A DNA stretch of 64,000 nucleotides. It comes from Mobula hypostoma. Taxonomy: Eukaryota. The notes under the pieces were generated by a model. The model made no database searches, was not told where the DNA came from, and saw nothing but the letters and a program-made list of their open reading frames with translations. The translations under genes were made by a program, and so were the position numbers. Location: the NCBI RefSeq assembly GCF_963921235.1, contig NC_086108.1:67396001-67460000 (forward strand). Reading direction: 5' to 3'. The first letter of the stretch is position 1. Each line of letters begins with the position of its first letter. Below, piece by piece: positions 26,901-39,049 of the stretch.

Positions 26901-27120
26901 AACTACTAATCACCACACTCATATTCCTCCCTGTCCAGATGCAAGTAACAGATATTGTGAATGCTATTTCTCACCCATTTTCAAAAACCTTAAACTTGAC
27001 TCCACTATTCATGCTAATTATTGGCTTTTATCCAGACGTCCTTTCCTTTTGCTCAGAATGTTGTACTCTCAATTCATTTCCACCCACAGAAAAAGAAAGT
27101 ATTTTCAAAGGTGTACTTTA

Positions 27121-27365
27121 GGGCACTGCAGTGGTGCAGCTCAGCTCCTGAGACTTAGGTTCAACCTTGAACTTGGCTGCCAACTGTGTGCATTTTTCAC
27201 CTTCTCCCATCACTGAGTGCATTTCCTCCAGGTGTTTTGATATCCTCCCACATCCCAAAGTCATGCTGTATGGTAGTAGATAACCATCAGCTGATCTAGT
27301 GTTGTAGTTGGGGTGGGGGGAGGGCTATTGATGGGCTGTGGGATTAGTATAGGATTTGTGAAAAT
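27121..27365 (+). mobile_element. V-SINE (HE1-like elasmobranch SINE), decayed
   Basis: tRNA-like head (gtggtgcagc...ggttcaacc) followed by the V-domain 'tttcctccaggtgttttgatatcctcccacatcccaaag'. Confidence 0.7.
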
Positions 27366-27382
27366 AGGCACAGGATAGTTGA

Positions 27383-27663
27383 TACCATCAGGAAGGAGGT
27401 ACAGAAGCCTGAAGGCACACACTCAACAATTCAGGAACAACTTCTCCCCTTCTGCCATCCATTTTCTGGATGGACGTTGAACCCATGAGCACTACTTTTT
27501 TATTTCTGTTTTTGCACTACTTATTTAATTGGACTACTTAATATATATACTTACTGTAATTCAGTTTTTTCTCTATTATTATGCATTACATTGCACTGCT
27601 GCCACAAAGTTAACAAATTTCACAACATATGCTCATGATATTAAACCAGATTCTGATTCTGAT
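27383..27663 (+). mobile_element. Rex1/Babar LINE 3' end
   Basis: PSGRRYRSLKAHTQQFRNNFSPSAI terminal motif; (ATTCTG)n tail. Confidence 0.8.
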
Positions 27664-28149
27664 ACGTACTTGGAGGGCCAAAAAGCTGGTGTTGGTGCTG
27701 AGTATCCTTGTATAACAGTTTACGTCCCAATACAACACTTTACTATTTTTCTTTAATACTTCCATTTGACAATTCTCTTCCAACTTTTCACATCATTCCA
27801 TTGCATGATACTTTTGTATGTAGCCTGTTGAACGTCCTCAGATTTACTCTCTCCACCATTCATGTCAAAAGCTTCAGTTTTCAAGACGCTATCACATAAG
27901 TCCCTTCACAATCTTCTCCTTGTTACCTCCTACAACATGCTTCTTAGACCGAATTCTAGATTTCTTAGACCAAATTCTAGATTTCTATATCAACGGCTTT
28001 TGCAGAAAACAAATGCACAAGGTGTAGGAGATAACATATACAATCTATTATGATAAACAGTTACTTGATCAACAGAAAACAGAGAATATGCATAAATGCA
28101 TCATTTCCTGTTTGGCGAAATGTAATGAATGGTTTGTGATAGAATGGTT

Positions 28150-28745
28150 TGCAACGACCAACCTGCGGCCTGACCTGGTCCTTTGGTCCAACTCCTGTTG
28201 GCGAGTCTTTATCATTGAGCTGACGGTCCCCAGGAGGATGCTGTGGATGAGGCTTACAAACGGAAAAGGCTGCGATATGCCAACCTTGCAGTTGAAGCAG
28301 AGGAGCGAGGCTGGAACGTAAAGCTGCGCCCAGTTGAGGTGGGGTGCAGGGGCTTTGTAGCCAGTTCCACCGTAAGGCTGCTGAGGGACGTAGGGGTCAG
28401 AGGGCAGGCCCATAGGAAGGCAATCAAAGCACTTGCTAATGCTGCGAAATGAGCGGTCACTGGCTCTGGCTGAAAAGAAGGGATGCTGTCTGGGCTACCA
28501 AGTGACCATCTGGAGACTAACCATGTGACACACATCCAGGTCTGATCAGCCTGTGGTGGGCCTCCCTCGGCTGAGGGTGTCTTGTGATGAAAGGCCGAAA
28601 CACCCAGTGATGTTGAGGTACACAACTGAAGATGTGTCGTAATGGTAGTAACATCATCTTGTGGTCATCTTTAAGAACTACTTCCACTCAAGTCAAATGC
28701 AGTGCAGAAACTTTTAGGGATTGTAACATCCAGTCCTATTAATCA
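28150..28745 (+). mobile_element. Hero-like (RLE, R2 group) non-LTR retrotransposon 3' fragment: restriction-like endonuclease plus 3' UTR
   Basis: LRPDLVLWS..IIELTVP / EAYKRKRLRY..PVEVGCRGFVA / HWLWLKRR..WATK* across two frameshifts, stop 28503-28505; PD-(D/E) RLE domain; 3' boundary approximate. Confidence 0.85.
28565..28638 (+). ncRNA. Putative non-circularly permuted hammerhead ribozyme with kink-turn
   Basis: GUC 28579-81, GAAA 28597-600, CUGAAGA 28626-32; stem III GGGTGT/ACACCC; stem I TTGTG/CACAA; imperfect stem II; CUGA/AGUGAUG k-turn. Confidence 0.6.
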
Positions 28746-28759
28746 AACAAAGTGATGGG

Positions 28760-30320
28760 GATTACAGTTTACAATTTATATAAATGAATTGAATGAGGAG
28801 CAGGAAGCACGATTGCAGTATTTGTTAGTTCAAAGCTTGGTTCAAAATTAAGTTCTGAAGAGGACTACAATGGGTGTACAGTGTTAAGTGCATGGAGAAG
28901 ATGTGGCAAAGGGAGTATGGTATGAGAAAGTATGAAATTGTCAATTATGACAGGAAAAATATAGAAGCATTTAACTGCATGGTGAGAAGCTGCAGAGACT
29001 TGGGGTACTGAGGAATCTTGGAGTCCAAGTGCATGATTTTCAGGATGACTATTCAGGTACAGCAAGTCATTAAGAAGCAAAAAGAATATTATTGCTTTTT
29101 ATCAGGGAAATTGACCTATAACAATTGGGCTGTTGTAAAAAAAAGTTATGGATAGATTTGATGAGACCTTCTAGATTTTTGTATAGTGTATTGGTTACTT
29201 AAGAAAGGACGCATGTGTGCTAACGAACTTCAGACAAAATTTGAGAGATTAGTCTCTGAAATAGGAAGGTTATTTTATAAGAAAAGGCTAGGCAGGCTAA
29301 GCTTGCAATTGCTGAAGCTTAGGTGAGCAAAAGGTGACTTGACAAAGAGGCACATTTCCTATTTTAGGATGACCCAGAAGAGGAAACATCCAATTGTTCA
29401 ATTTAAACATTCACATACAAACTCATAAGTCTTTTCCTCAGGGTAGGGGATTCCAAAACTAAGGGACATAGTTAAAGTTAAAGTTAAAGTCTGTCCCGAG
29501 CCTTATAGGCTCATCAGACTGGTGCTTATGCCGGTTTCCGTAGCATGAAGTGACTGAGGGTACAAGACTCCCCCCCGCCCCCCAGATAGGATGCCAGTCT
29601 ATCGCGAGGTTAACCCCCAGCATTTTGCCATTTTCAGCTGGGTGGACTGGAGCAGTGTGTGGTTAAGTGCCTTGCTCAAGGACATAACACACTGCCTTGG
29701 CTGGGGCTCAAACTCACAACCTTCAGATCGCTAGTCCAGCACCTTAACCACTTGGCCACGCGCCACACAAGGGACGTAGACTTAGGGTGAAATGACTAAG
29801 ACTTAATAGGGACCTGTGGGGCAACTTTTTCACACAGAACATGGTGAGCATATGGAATAAGCTGCCGAGAGGAGTGATTGAGACAATTACAATAATATAA
29901 TAATTTAAGGTAAGTAATAGAGTCACTGGATCTGGAAGGATATGGGCCGAGCACACAAAATTGGGTCAGTATGGACTAATTGAGCCAAAAGACCTGTATT
30001 ATTGCTCTACAACTCTATGACCCAGGACCTTGCATCACTATTTAAAAAAAATACGGCGTTGCCCACTTATGACTGGGGTTATGCAAATATTTCTTTCTCT
30101 CTCAGATAATTGTGACTTCTTGGAACTTTCTATCGCAGATGGCGATGGAAGAAGCCTTTAAATAGATTTAAGGGGGAAATAGAAAGATAGCAAGATGGAG
30201 AAATGTTATTTCAGATTGACAGGAATGCAGGGTAAGGGTTATAATCTAATTTAATAAATGACATCATTAAATAGTGGAACAGTAGAATAAGCCACATGTC
30301 TTATTCCTGTCACTATTTCA
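28760..30320 (+). mobile_element. Decayed CR1 LINE 3' fragments
   Basis: Residual motifs, e.g. 'ggcaactttttcacacagaacatggtgagcatatggaataagctgcc' (NFFTQ..V.IWNKLP). Confidence 0.65.
29472..29768 (-). mobile_element. tRNA-derived SINE with (CTTTAA)n tail
   Basis: A box TGGCCAAGTGG, B-box-like GAGTTTGAGCC, central GTCCTTGAGCAAGGCACTTAACC; TSD AAGGGAC(A/G)TAG at 29461-29471 and 29769-29779. Confidence 0.88.
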
Positions 30321-31492
30321 TTTGTCTGTGGATTCTACTCTGTCTTCAGACAGTTTTTCTATTTAATAACATTACTATGAAGCTCTGGAATTTTTTTTTA
30401 CCATGCTACGTTTTCGGTTGTTACTATTCATTCCATTAATGATTGAGTTGTCGGTCAGTTTTAACATGATTGAACACTCTCATTATCCATTAAACAACTC
30501 TGTACAACTGACCTCCCTAGTTTCCTTTTATCTTAGTCCATCAAAACTAAAACATCTTCATTAATGATTTCTATTCCTGCTTCTCCTTTGTTACCTAACT
30601 CCAATCTTTACAGTGTCTGTACTGACAGATTGTTTATCTGCCATTGAACCCTACATGAACCTGAATTTTTTCCAGTAAATACTACAAGATTGAAGCCATT
30701 ATCTTGGGCCCCAGTTGTAGTTTTTAAAATATGGCTTGAATTACTTTTATGTGTCCTGCTCAAATTATCTTGCTCTCTCTAATCCCATTTCAGCTGAAGA
30801 CTTTAAAATCTTGTGAAACATAAGAGATTGATCGTTTTATTTTTAATTTTGCGTATCCAATCAGGAAATAATTAACGATAGCAAAAAAAAGAAACTGTAA
30901 GGAGATTTCTGAAAATCTTCCAGGTTTACTTGCTGTATGTTTGCCGATGCATTTTTGATATCTCAAAGACCGTATTGATCCCTTTTTCATGTGATAGAAC
31001 AACAATCAACAGTAATCAGAAAATGTGGCAAATGATGTCACCTTCAGTACAAATAAGCATTTTCCAGGCCATTGGAATTTACGGTGGAAATCTGAGGAGT
31101 CAGTAAGCTGGCAGAGATCTCATGGACTGGAACTCCAACCCATTTCCCAATCCAGGCTTTTAGATACACATCAGGGAAACAGATGCTCTTAATTGGAAAG
31201 TTAAAGCTGCACTTTTGAGGCTCATGCGTCAAACATGTTCACTTGGATGCTAATGGCAAGCATGGAGACTTAGACCAACAAGAGTTGGTACTCAATCTCA
31301 CTCTATATTAAAGCTGTCAACATTTTTGAGCTTCTTTAAATGGCATACTGGAAAGGACCAAATGGATCAACTGGCCCAAACTACATATTTGCATACAATT
31401 CAATAGAACTATTCTTACCTTCCTTACGCCATATAAAGTCCTGAGTTAAGTAAAAAATGGATAAAAACTTTGACCAATCCAACCCTTTAGAG

Positions 31493-33803
31493 GAGTGTTT
31501 CCCAACCTTTTTTTAGTCCAACACCCCCCTAAAGCACCTTCATACTTGCCAACACCCCTCTTAGGCACAGTGTCTGCAGGTGCAAGAAGTATTCTTGTGA
31601 AAGAGAGTGCCATACTTTCCATACAGGGAAATTGTAAGAACATACTTCTCCCAGTATTTCGCTTTTATATTTCCAATTTTCCAAAAAAGTGGACACTGCA
31701 CTTTTTGCCTGGATTAAATTGAGATTTTTACCCTGCAGTTTCATGTTTAGAATGTTCATTTTGTCATATAGATCGGCTAGGTATGCTACGTCTCCACATA
31801 GAATTTCAATCTTGTTTCCCAAGCTCTTGTTGACTCTGAGCAAAAATTCAACCACAGTGTCAAAAAGATCAGAGAAAAGTTTTAAATAGCAGCCTTTAGA
31901 CAGCCAACACACTCCAATATGAAGAAGCAGGCATTCAATTTTTCATCATTATCTTGGCGTAGCTTGTAGAATATTCTGATATTTAATGGATGAGCTTTAA
32001 TTTTGTTGAGAGCAGATATGACAAAAGTCATGCTTGAAAAAGGTCACTGGCTGAGGTTTTTGCCTGCGAGATGTTGACGATGAATTATACAATGGATTGC
32101 AAACAGACATGGAATCTCTTTTTCATAAATGCCTCTAAACCAGCATGTGGCACAAGAAAACATGTTCCTAATTGGAATACTTTTATCCTTAATATACATT
32201 TTGAGCTTGTCATAGATCGATTCTCTGTTGATATTTGTTTTTAATTGTTTACAAGACAGAATCTCTTTACCATTTACCAAAACTTTACCATTTTTTCATA
32301 AACCATATATATGCCAATAGCAATGCCTCATTGTCTCACACATTTGACTCTTTCAGTTGTATCCCAAATTCTGTAGCTCTGCGTATAGTTGAAATTCAAT
32401 GCCTTCACTCATTTCATCAATACAATAAGCTAAGAGCTATTATTCAGAGGAATTCAATTTAAAATACTGATATCCATTTTGAGAACAGTGCTGAGCACTT
32501 CTGATACAGCAGGCATTATTAAGCAATTGTATGAGATATTCCACACTTCTCTATCATTTTGGAAATATTATACGCAGCAATTAGACCACTTTCAAGGTCA
32601 TTTTTAGTTTTCTGGGCAAATGACTCGAGTGTGCAATGCTTTTCATCTTCTGGAACTTCATTCGTGATGGTTTCATAGCTTCATTAGACACTTTGTTGCT
32701 GTTCAGTCATTTAGTTCAGTCTGACTCTTTGTGACCTCATGGACCACAGGGTCCATAGGGTTTTCATGGCAAGATATGGAAGTAGATTGCAAGGCCTTTC
32801 TTCCATGCAGGTAGTGCTGCTGCCTAAGCTGGGACCCAGCTGGGTTCGAACTCAGGACCATCTGCCTTGAAGTCCAGTGCTGATACCGCTACACCACCAG
32901 CCGGCTCCATTAGACACTACAGTATTACAGATAAGATACATGGGGCATCACTGATCTGATGGGAACGGAATTAAACTATACTCCAGGTATGTAACATTGT
33001 ATTGACACACTTTCTGCAGTTTCCGTTTCCTAGTAGGAATAGAATTCAAGGCTTCACTGCCTTCAGACTCAGAGATCGCAACGTGTGTATTTATCCATCA
33101 TTAATGGGGCTAAAGTAAAATTAAAATAGCAGCACAAACTGGGAATGCCTATGGGATGTTGATGATGACAGCGAGTTGACATGGAAGGAACGATGGTGAC
33201 CGCACACAAAGGAACAGTGAGGGAAGATGAAGAGAATCACTACAGCAAGCTACCTTTATACTGTTCCTGTTAGCACGATTGACCAATCACACAAGTCTCA
33301 TGATCCCCAAAAGTGGTTCTTGACTGCACGTGTGAAGCTGAGGTCACTTTGAATCCCTCAAGAAGAATCCTCTGGGTTGGCAGGTTCACTGATTGCCTCC
33401 ATATCACCGTTTGCTTCCAGCCAGTCCTACATTGTTGCACAACCTGTTTTTGTAGATCTGTAGAGAAAGTTGAGAGGGTGTACTTGACTTACCAACAGTT
33501 AAATTGCATGAACTCATTCCATGCCCTGAGTCAAGGAGAACGGTTGGGCACCCTGGTTGCTGATAATGTCTGTTTGGTTGGTAAGGTGGGATGAGATTGT
33601 TGCGTTGTGATAATGAGTGCTCACTGCTTGCAGAGCTATGTTTCCTCCTTTTTTTCGGAAGTGCCTGCTCTGCTAACGGTCGGTCAGGTCTCAAGTAAGG
33701 GTACTGCTTTCCACCCCTCCCCAAGAACCTTGAACGGCCCAACAACTTCCATTTCCTCTAACAGCCCCTTAGTATACATAACCGCCCCCACTGGGAATCG
33801 CTT
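31493..33803 (-). mobile_element. hAT (Buster/Charlie, ZBED8/SCAND3-like) DNA transposon with decayed transposase
   Basis: Minus ORFs with CWLSKG, VAYLADLYDKMNILNMKLQG, HCIIHRQHL; left TIR gAGTGTTTCCCAACC, degenerate right TIR cacTGGGAAtCgCTt; 8-bp TSD CTTTAGAG/CTTTCGAC (6/8 match, central TA on the left copy). Confidence 0.85.
32693..32905 (-). mobile_element. tRNA-derived SINE with RTE/BovB-type tail, inserted in the hAT
   Basis: A box TGGTGTAGCGG, B box GAGTTCGAACC; tail 'gaggtcacaaagagtcagactgaac..gactgaacagcaacaa'; TSD CATTAGACACT at 32682-32692 and 32908-32918. Confidence 0.88.
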
Positions 33804-35631
33804 CTTTCGACACTCTCAGATCGTCCAAAAGATCATAATGGCTCTGTATTACTTTGTATCCTATTTCATCAATTGAAAAGATGGTGCATATGACATTCTC
33901 TTATGCATTCTATTGAAATAGTCGGCATTTTTTTCCTGTTGACATGGTTTATTAACAGGATTAATGTTATACACAATCACTTAAAACTCCATCACATAAA
34001 AAGGTGTATTAAATCTGTAGTAGTTCTGGTGGGAATTGGGGTGGAAGAGTCAGGAAGATCAAAAAAAGGAAATGATAGATCTGTATATTAGTGTCATGAT
34101 ATCAAGGGAATTTACATAAAGGATGGGAACGTCAGGGAAGCATTGTATTGAATATTGAAGAATTGGGGTGGGAGATGTGTTGAAACAGGAAGATGGATGA
34201 GCACACTAACACGAGAAAATCTGCAGATGCTTGTGTGTGTTTCTGCAGATGTATGAGGAGATAAACTGAAGATTTACTGGAGCAATTGGAAATGAATTTC
34301 AAAGGCAAAACTTTGTACGTTATATATAATGTATTTAGCACTACCAGCCAGGTTTGAGATAATAGTCAAATTTGAGGAATACAAATGTTGATTCATGATC
34401 CATCTCTGTGGTGCAGTGCAGAACACTGCCAACAACAGTCCTGAAGGAAAATGCTTACTATGTTTTTATAGATAGTTCTAATTTATTATTTTCCTAATAA
34501 ATGCCTTTCAAGTGAGCATTGTAAACCAATTAAAGTTACATCACTAAACAAGTTCAAATCATTGAGAGGCATAGGTCAATTTTCTATTTTAATCAATGTA
34601 TTAAGCCAATAAGTGTGCATGGATTTTTAGCAAGTTATTTCATAATGGGTACTTCAATACACAAGTATACCAAAGGAACACTTCTATGTAGGTTAAATAC
34701 TTTATGATGAATATGAAGACATGTATTATCACAAAGTAATTCAGTAAATACACATTAAGAAAGTGAAATAATAATTAAGTGATTAGTAAAGGAATAATTT
34801 ATATGATTTTAGCCTAAATGTAGCCAAAATCTACTACCTTAACGATATATACTCAGTCATATTTCATCACGTGAATATAAAGCAATAATTATCATCCAAA
34901 ATAATAATAAGTTTTACTAGAATACTGAATACATTCTTATTTTAATTAGCACAATTGCCTTTGTGCCAAAGTCTTAGAAAATAATAAATTTAGGCAATTA
35001 GCTTATTTAGAAACAAAATCCTTAATTTGAGGTTGTATTAATGCTTCAGAATCTTCAAAGGGTGTAAATTTAAACACACTTTGTTTCTAATTTCAAAGAT
35101 CAACATTTCATAAATGTTTTTAAAGTATGAGCAACCTTACAGCATTCCTTTTCCTTTCTTTTTTGAGCCTTCACCAGTCTACTTCAGAAAATGTTTTTCC
35201 ACTGAATTTTACCTTCTGTATAAAAACATTCTATGCATGAAATTGAATCTAAGGGTGTGAAAGAGCTCCAAGAAGACAGCTATAAATGTAGCTGTGTAGT
35301 ATTAACAAATCAATGGTGCAGAATATAATATGTTAAGTTTCTCGGTTGTACATTCTGCAACTTTGCACGTGACCCCAGTATGTTTCAATCAAAATGTCAT
35401 CTCTCCTCTCACTCTGGGTCCAAGCACACACTTAACTCTTGTTTGTTGATTTAGAAGCACTCATTAACAAAGTAATGTTCTCAAAAGGTAGCAACTGCCC
35501 AACAATTCCTCTTCAGGCTCCTTCCTTACTTTTTGCTTACCGTTTGTTTTCTATTCAACACCTCTGCCTGTAATTTACTCTTCCTTGTCTTAACATCTAC
35601 ATATCAGACAAAAGCCCCACACATCTGCAGT

Positions 35632-37762
35632 CTTGGCTGTCCACTCCCTCCGCACTAATCCTAACACCCTCAAAACCGCAGATAAGGGAGGTGACTTCGT
35701 AGCCCGGCGAATTGACCTCTACCTTGCTGAGGCCCAGTGTCAACTCTCGGACACCCCCTCTTGCTTACCCCTTGAACAGGATGAAAAAACACCAGGCCAT
35801 TGTCTCCCACACCATCACCAACCTTATTGACTTTGGGGATCTCCCATCCACAGCCACCAGCCTCATAGTCCACGCACCCCGCACCTCCTGTTTCTACCTC
35901 CTACCCAAAATCCACAGACCTGCTTGTCCAGGTAGACCTATTGTTTCAGCTTGTTCCTGCCCCACGGAACTCATATCTCCATACCTTGACTCTGTTTTAA
36001 CCCCCTGGTTCAGTCCCTTCCCACCTACATCTGTGACACCTCACATAGTCTTGATCTTTCCAAGGACTTCAGGTTCCCTGGCCCCCATTATTTTATTTTT
36101 ACTATGGATGTCCCGTCCCTGTGCACCTCCATCCCCTACCAGGAAGGCCTCAAATCTCTCTGTTTCCTTCTGGACACCAGACCAATACATTTCCCCTCCA
36201 CCACCACTCTCCTCTGCCTAGCAGAATTTGTCCTCACTCTAAATAATTTCTCCTTTGAGTCTTCCCATGTCCTTCAAACAAAAGGGCATTCGCATGGGTC
36301 CCAGCTATGACTGCCTGTTTGTCGGGTACGTGGAACAGTCTATGTTCCAAGCCTACACTGGTGACCATCCCTCACCATCGACCGCTGTATTGGTGCTGCT
36401 TCTTGAACCTGTGCTGAACTCGTCGATTTCATCCACTTTGCCTCCAACTTCCACCCAGTACTCAAATTCACCTGGTCCATTTCCGACACTTCTCTTCCCT
36501 TTCTCAATTTCATAGTCTCTCTCTCCAGAGACAGCTTATCCACTGATGTCTATTATAAACCAACGGATTCTCAGAGCTAACTGGACTATACCTCATCCCA
36601 CCCTGTTACCTGTAAAAACGCCACCCCCTTCTCTCAATTCCTCCATCTCCGCTGCATCTGTTCTCAGGATGAGGCTTTTCATTCTAGAGCAAAGGAAATG
36701 TCCTCCTTTTTCCTCCAGCATAAACGCTGCCCTCAACTGCATCTCTTCCATCTCACGCACGTCTGCTTTTACCCCATCCTTTCGCCATGCTACCAGGGAT
36801 AGGGTTCCTCTTGCCCTCACGTACCACCCCACCAGCCTTTGCATTCAACACATAATCCTCCAAAACTTCCGCCACTTCCAAATGGATCCCACCACCAAAC
36901 ACGCCTTTCCCTCTACTCCACTTCCGGCTTTCTGCAAGGATCGTACCCTCTGTGACTCCCTCGTCCATTCATCCCTCTCCACTGATCTCCCTTCTGGCAC
37001 TTATCCTTGCAAGCGGAACAAGTGCTTCACCTGCCCCTACACTTCCTCCCTCACTACCATTCAGGGCCTCAAACAGTCCTTCCAGGTGAGGTGACACTTC
37101 ACCTGTGAGTCTGTGGGGGTCATATATTGAATTCAATGCTCCCAGTGTGGCCTCTTGTATATCGGTGAGACTGACATAGATTGGGAGACTGCTTTGCCAA
37201 GCATCTATGTTCCATCTGCCGAAACAAGCGGGATCTCCCAAAGGCCAACCATTTTAATTCCACCTCCCATTCCCATTCCAATATGTCTGTCCATGGCCTC
37301 CTCCACTGTTGAGATAAGGCCACACTTAGATTGGAGGAACAACACCTTATATTTTGTTTGGGTAGCCTCCAACCTGATGGCATGAAGATCGATCTCTCAA
37401 ATTTCCAGTAATGCCTCCAACAACGCCCCTTCACCATTTCCCATCTCCTTTCCCTCTCTCGTGTTATCTCCTTGCCCACCTCTTCTTTTCCATGGCCTTC
37501 TTGTCTCTTTCACCAATCAACTTCCCAACTCTTTGTGTCATTCCTCCCCCTCCAAGTTTCACCTGTTGCTTGGTGTTTCTCTGTCCCCTCCCCCCACCTT
37601 CCAAATCTACTCCTCAGTATTTTTTCTCCTTTTCTGCCAAAGAGTTTCAGCCTGAAACATTGACTGTACTTTTTTCTATAGATGCTGCCTGGCCTGCTGA
37701 GTTCCTCCAGCATTTTGTGTGTGTTGCTTGAATTTCCGGCATCTGCAGATTTTCTCTTGCTT
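35632..37762 (+). mobile_element. Penelope-like element (RT + GIY-YIG), decayed
   Basis: ADKGG, FYLLPKIHR..PGRPIVS, MDVPSLCTSIP, MGPSY, YIGET; pyrimidine-rich 3' repeat. Confidence 0.92.
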
Positions 37763-39049
37763 GTCCTTTTAATGCTTGTTCATTTTTATGCTCCGATGTG
37801 TGGAGCTCTGATGCAACTGCAGCAATAGTACATTTATCCTCACCCCGTCTTGTCCATCACATCATGTTCTCAGCCAATGTCTGGTCACAGTGCCAGAAAG
37901 CTCACTGAACCAAACTAGTAGCAATCAATGGGCTGCAATTTTCAGCCAGGCCCTTGCAGATTCAAGGCCCCAGAATTCATCTCAGGTGTCATATCATGAG
38001 CAAAAGCTGCCTAACACCAGCTCTGCTGTAAGCATCTTCTAGGAGTATTAGACTTTAGGAAGCATTTCTTAAAGTTGACAGGTGACAGGTGAAAGATTGA
38101 TTCAAGGCAGCTTTTTGTGTTTGACTTTAAATTAATTAACCTTATCACATCTTGTACTTTGGTCAAGTTGAGTGTTTTTATTCAGGCTTCTGAGCTTCTG
38201 AAGTTAGTGGAAAGTTTTCAGTGTTTTCTTAACAAGGATTAAAAGAGTAGAGGGCAACAAGGATGATTTTTTTGAGACTTTTCAGGGAGAATGTACATCA
38301 CCATCAGCTGTTTTTAGTCAAATCCCACTGGACTTCCTTTTACTTCTATCTGGCCTCATCTATGGTTTCACTATGATGTATTGAAACTGTCGGATAATGT
38401 AATGGGTAGAAACGTACATAATTCACAGCCACCGACTCTGAGTTGGGGTTTCACCTTAAGAGGCTGGTCTGATGTGATGATGTAATTATGTAAAGGGTTT
38501 TTAGCGTGCTTTGTGTTCAGCTTTTTGGTGTTCAATAAATGAGTTACTGGCTTTTCTGAAATAGAAAATGCCTCCGCCATTTTATTTGCAAAAATCTTCA
38601 AAACCAGCGAGGAAGGCTTTTCTGAGTTTATTGCCCATCTCTGCTGTCAAAAGGTGCTGCTGGTTAACGATTGGATGATTAATCGTCCTAATTGCACTGA
38701 ATACTGAATACTAACCAATTTTGTTGAGGCCACCAGTTAGCTGCAAAATGGGGTTCAGCATGATACAGATTTCAGCCTTTACAACTTGGAGGTACATAGC
38801 ACACGTGCATCTGATTCTTTTACTCCAGTTCTGTGCTCAGCACCAAACTGAGGGACTGGATACACTCAGTATATAGCCCTCCAGCTCGACAAAAGCCATG
38901 AAACCATCAAAGATTGCAGATGTTGGAAGCTGGAACAACAGTCTGCTGGAGGATCCCAGTGGGTTGAGCAGCATTTGTGGGAGTATAGGAATTGTCCTGA
39001 TGCAGGGTTTCAACCTGTAACATCAAAACAGTCTGCTTAAAGTTTTATA

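Noticed and set aside
28582..28605. Reading GTGATGA-aaggcc-GAAAC as a conventional type III hammerhead
   Set aside because: C3 is G and there is no room for stems I or II; the permuted reading with CUGAAGA at 28626 fits far better
29491..29540. Minus-strand GAAAC..CCAGTC-TGATGAG in the SINE tail looks hammerhead-like
   Set aside because: The cleavage C and the CUGAUGA C would be the same base, leaving no stem I, and the following hairpin is not followed by GAAA
29690..29768. tRNA-like sequences (also ~32835-32905 and ~60225-60298)
   Set aside because: SINE heads with TSDs and tails, not tRNA genes
38374..38606. Possible solo LTR (TG...AATAAA...CA)
   Set aside because: No TSD found and no second copy in the window
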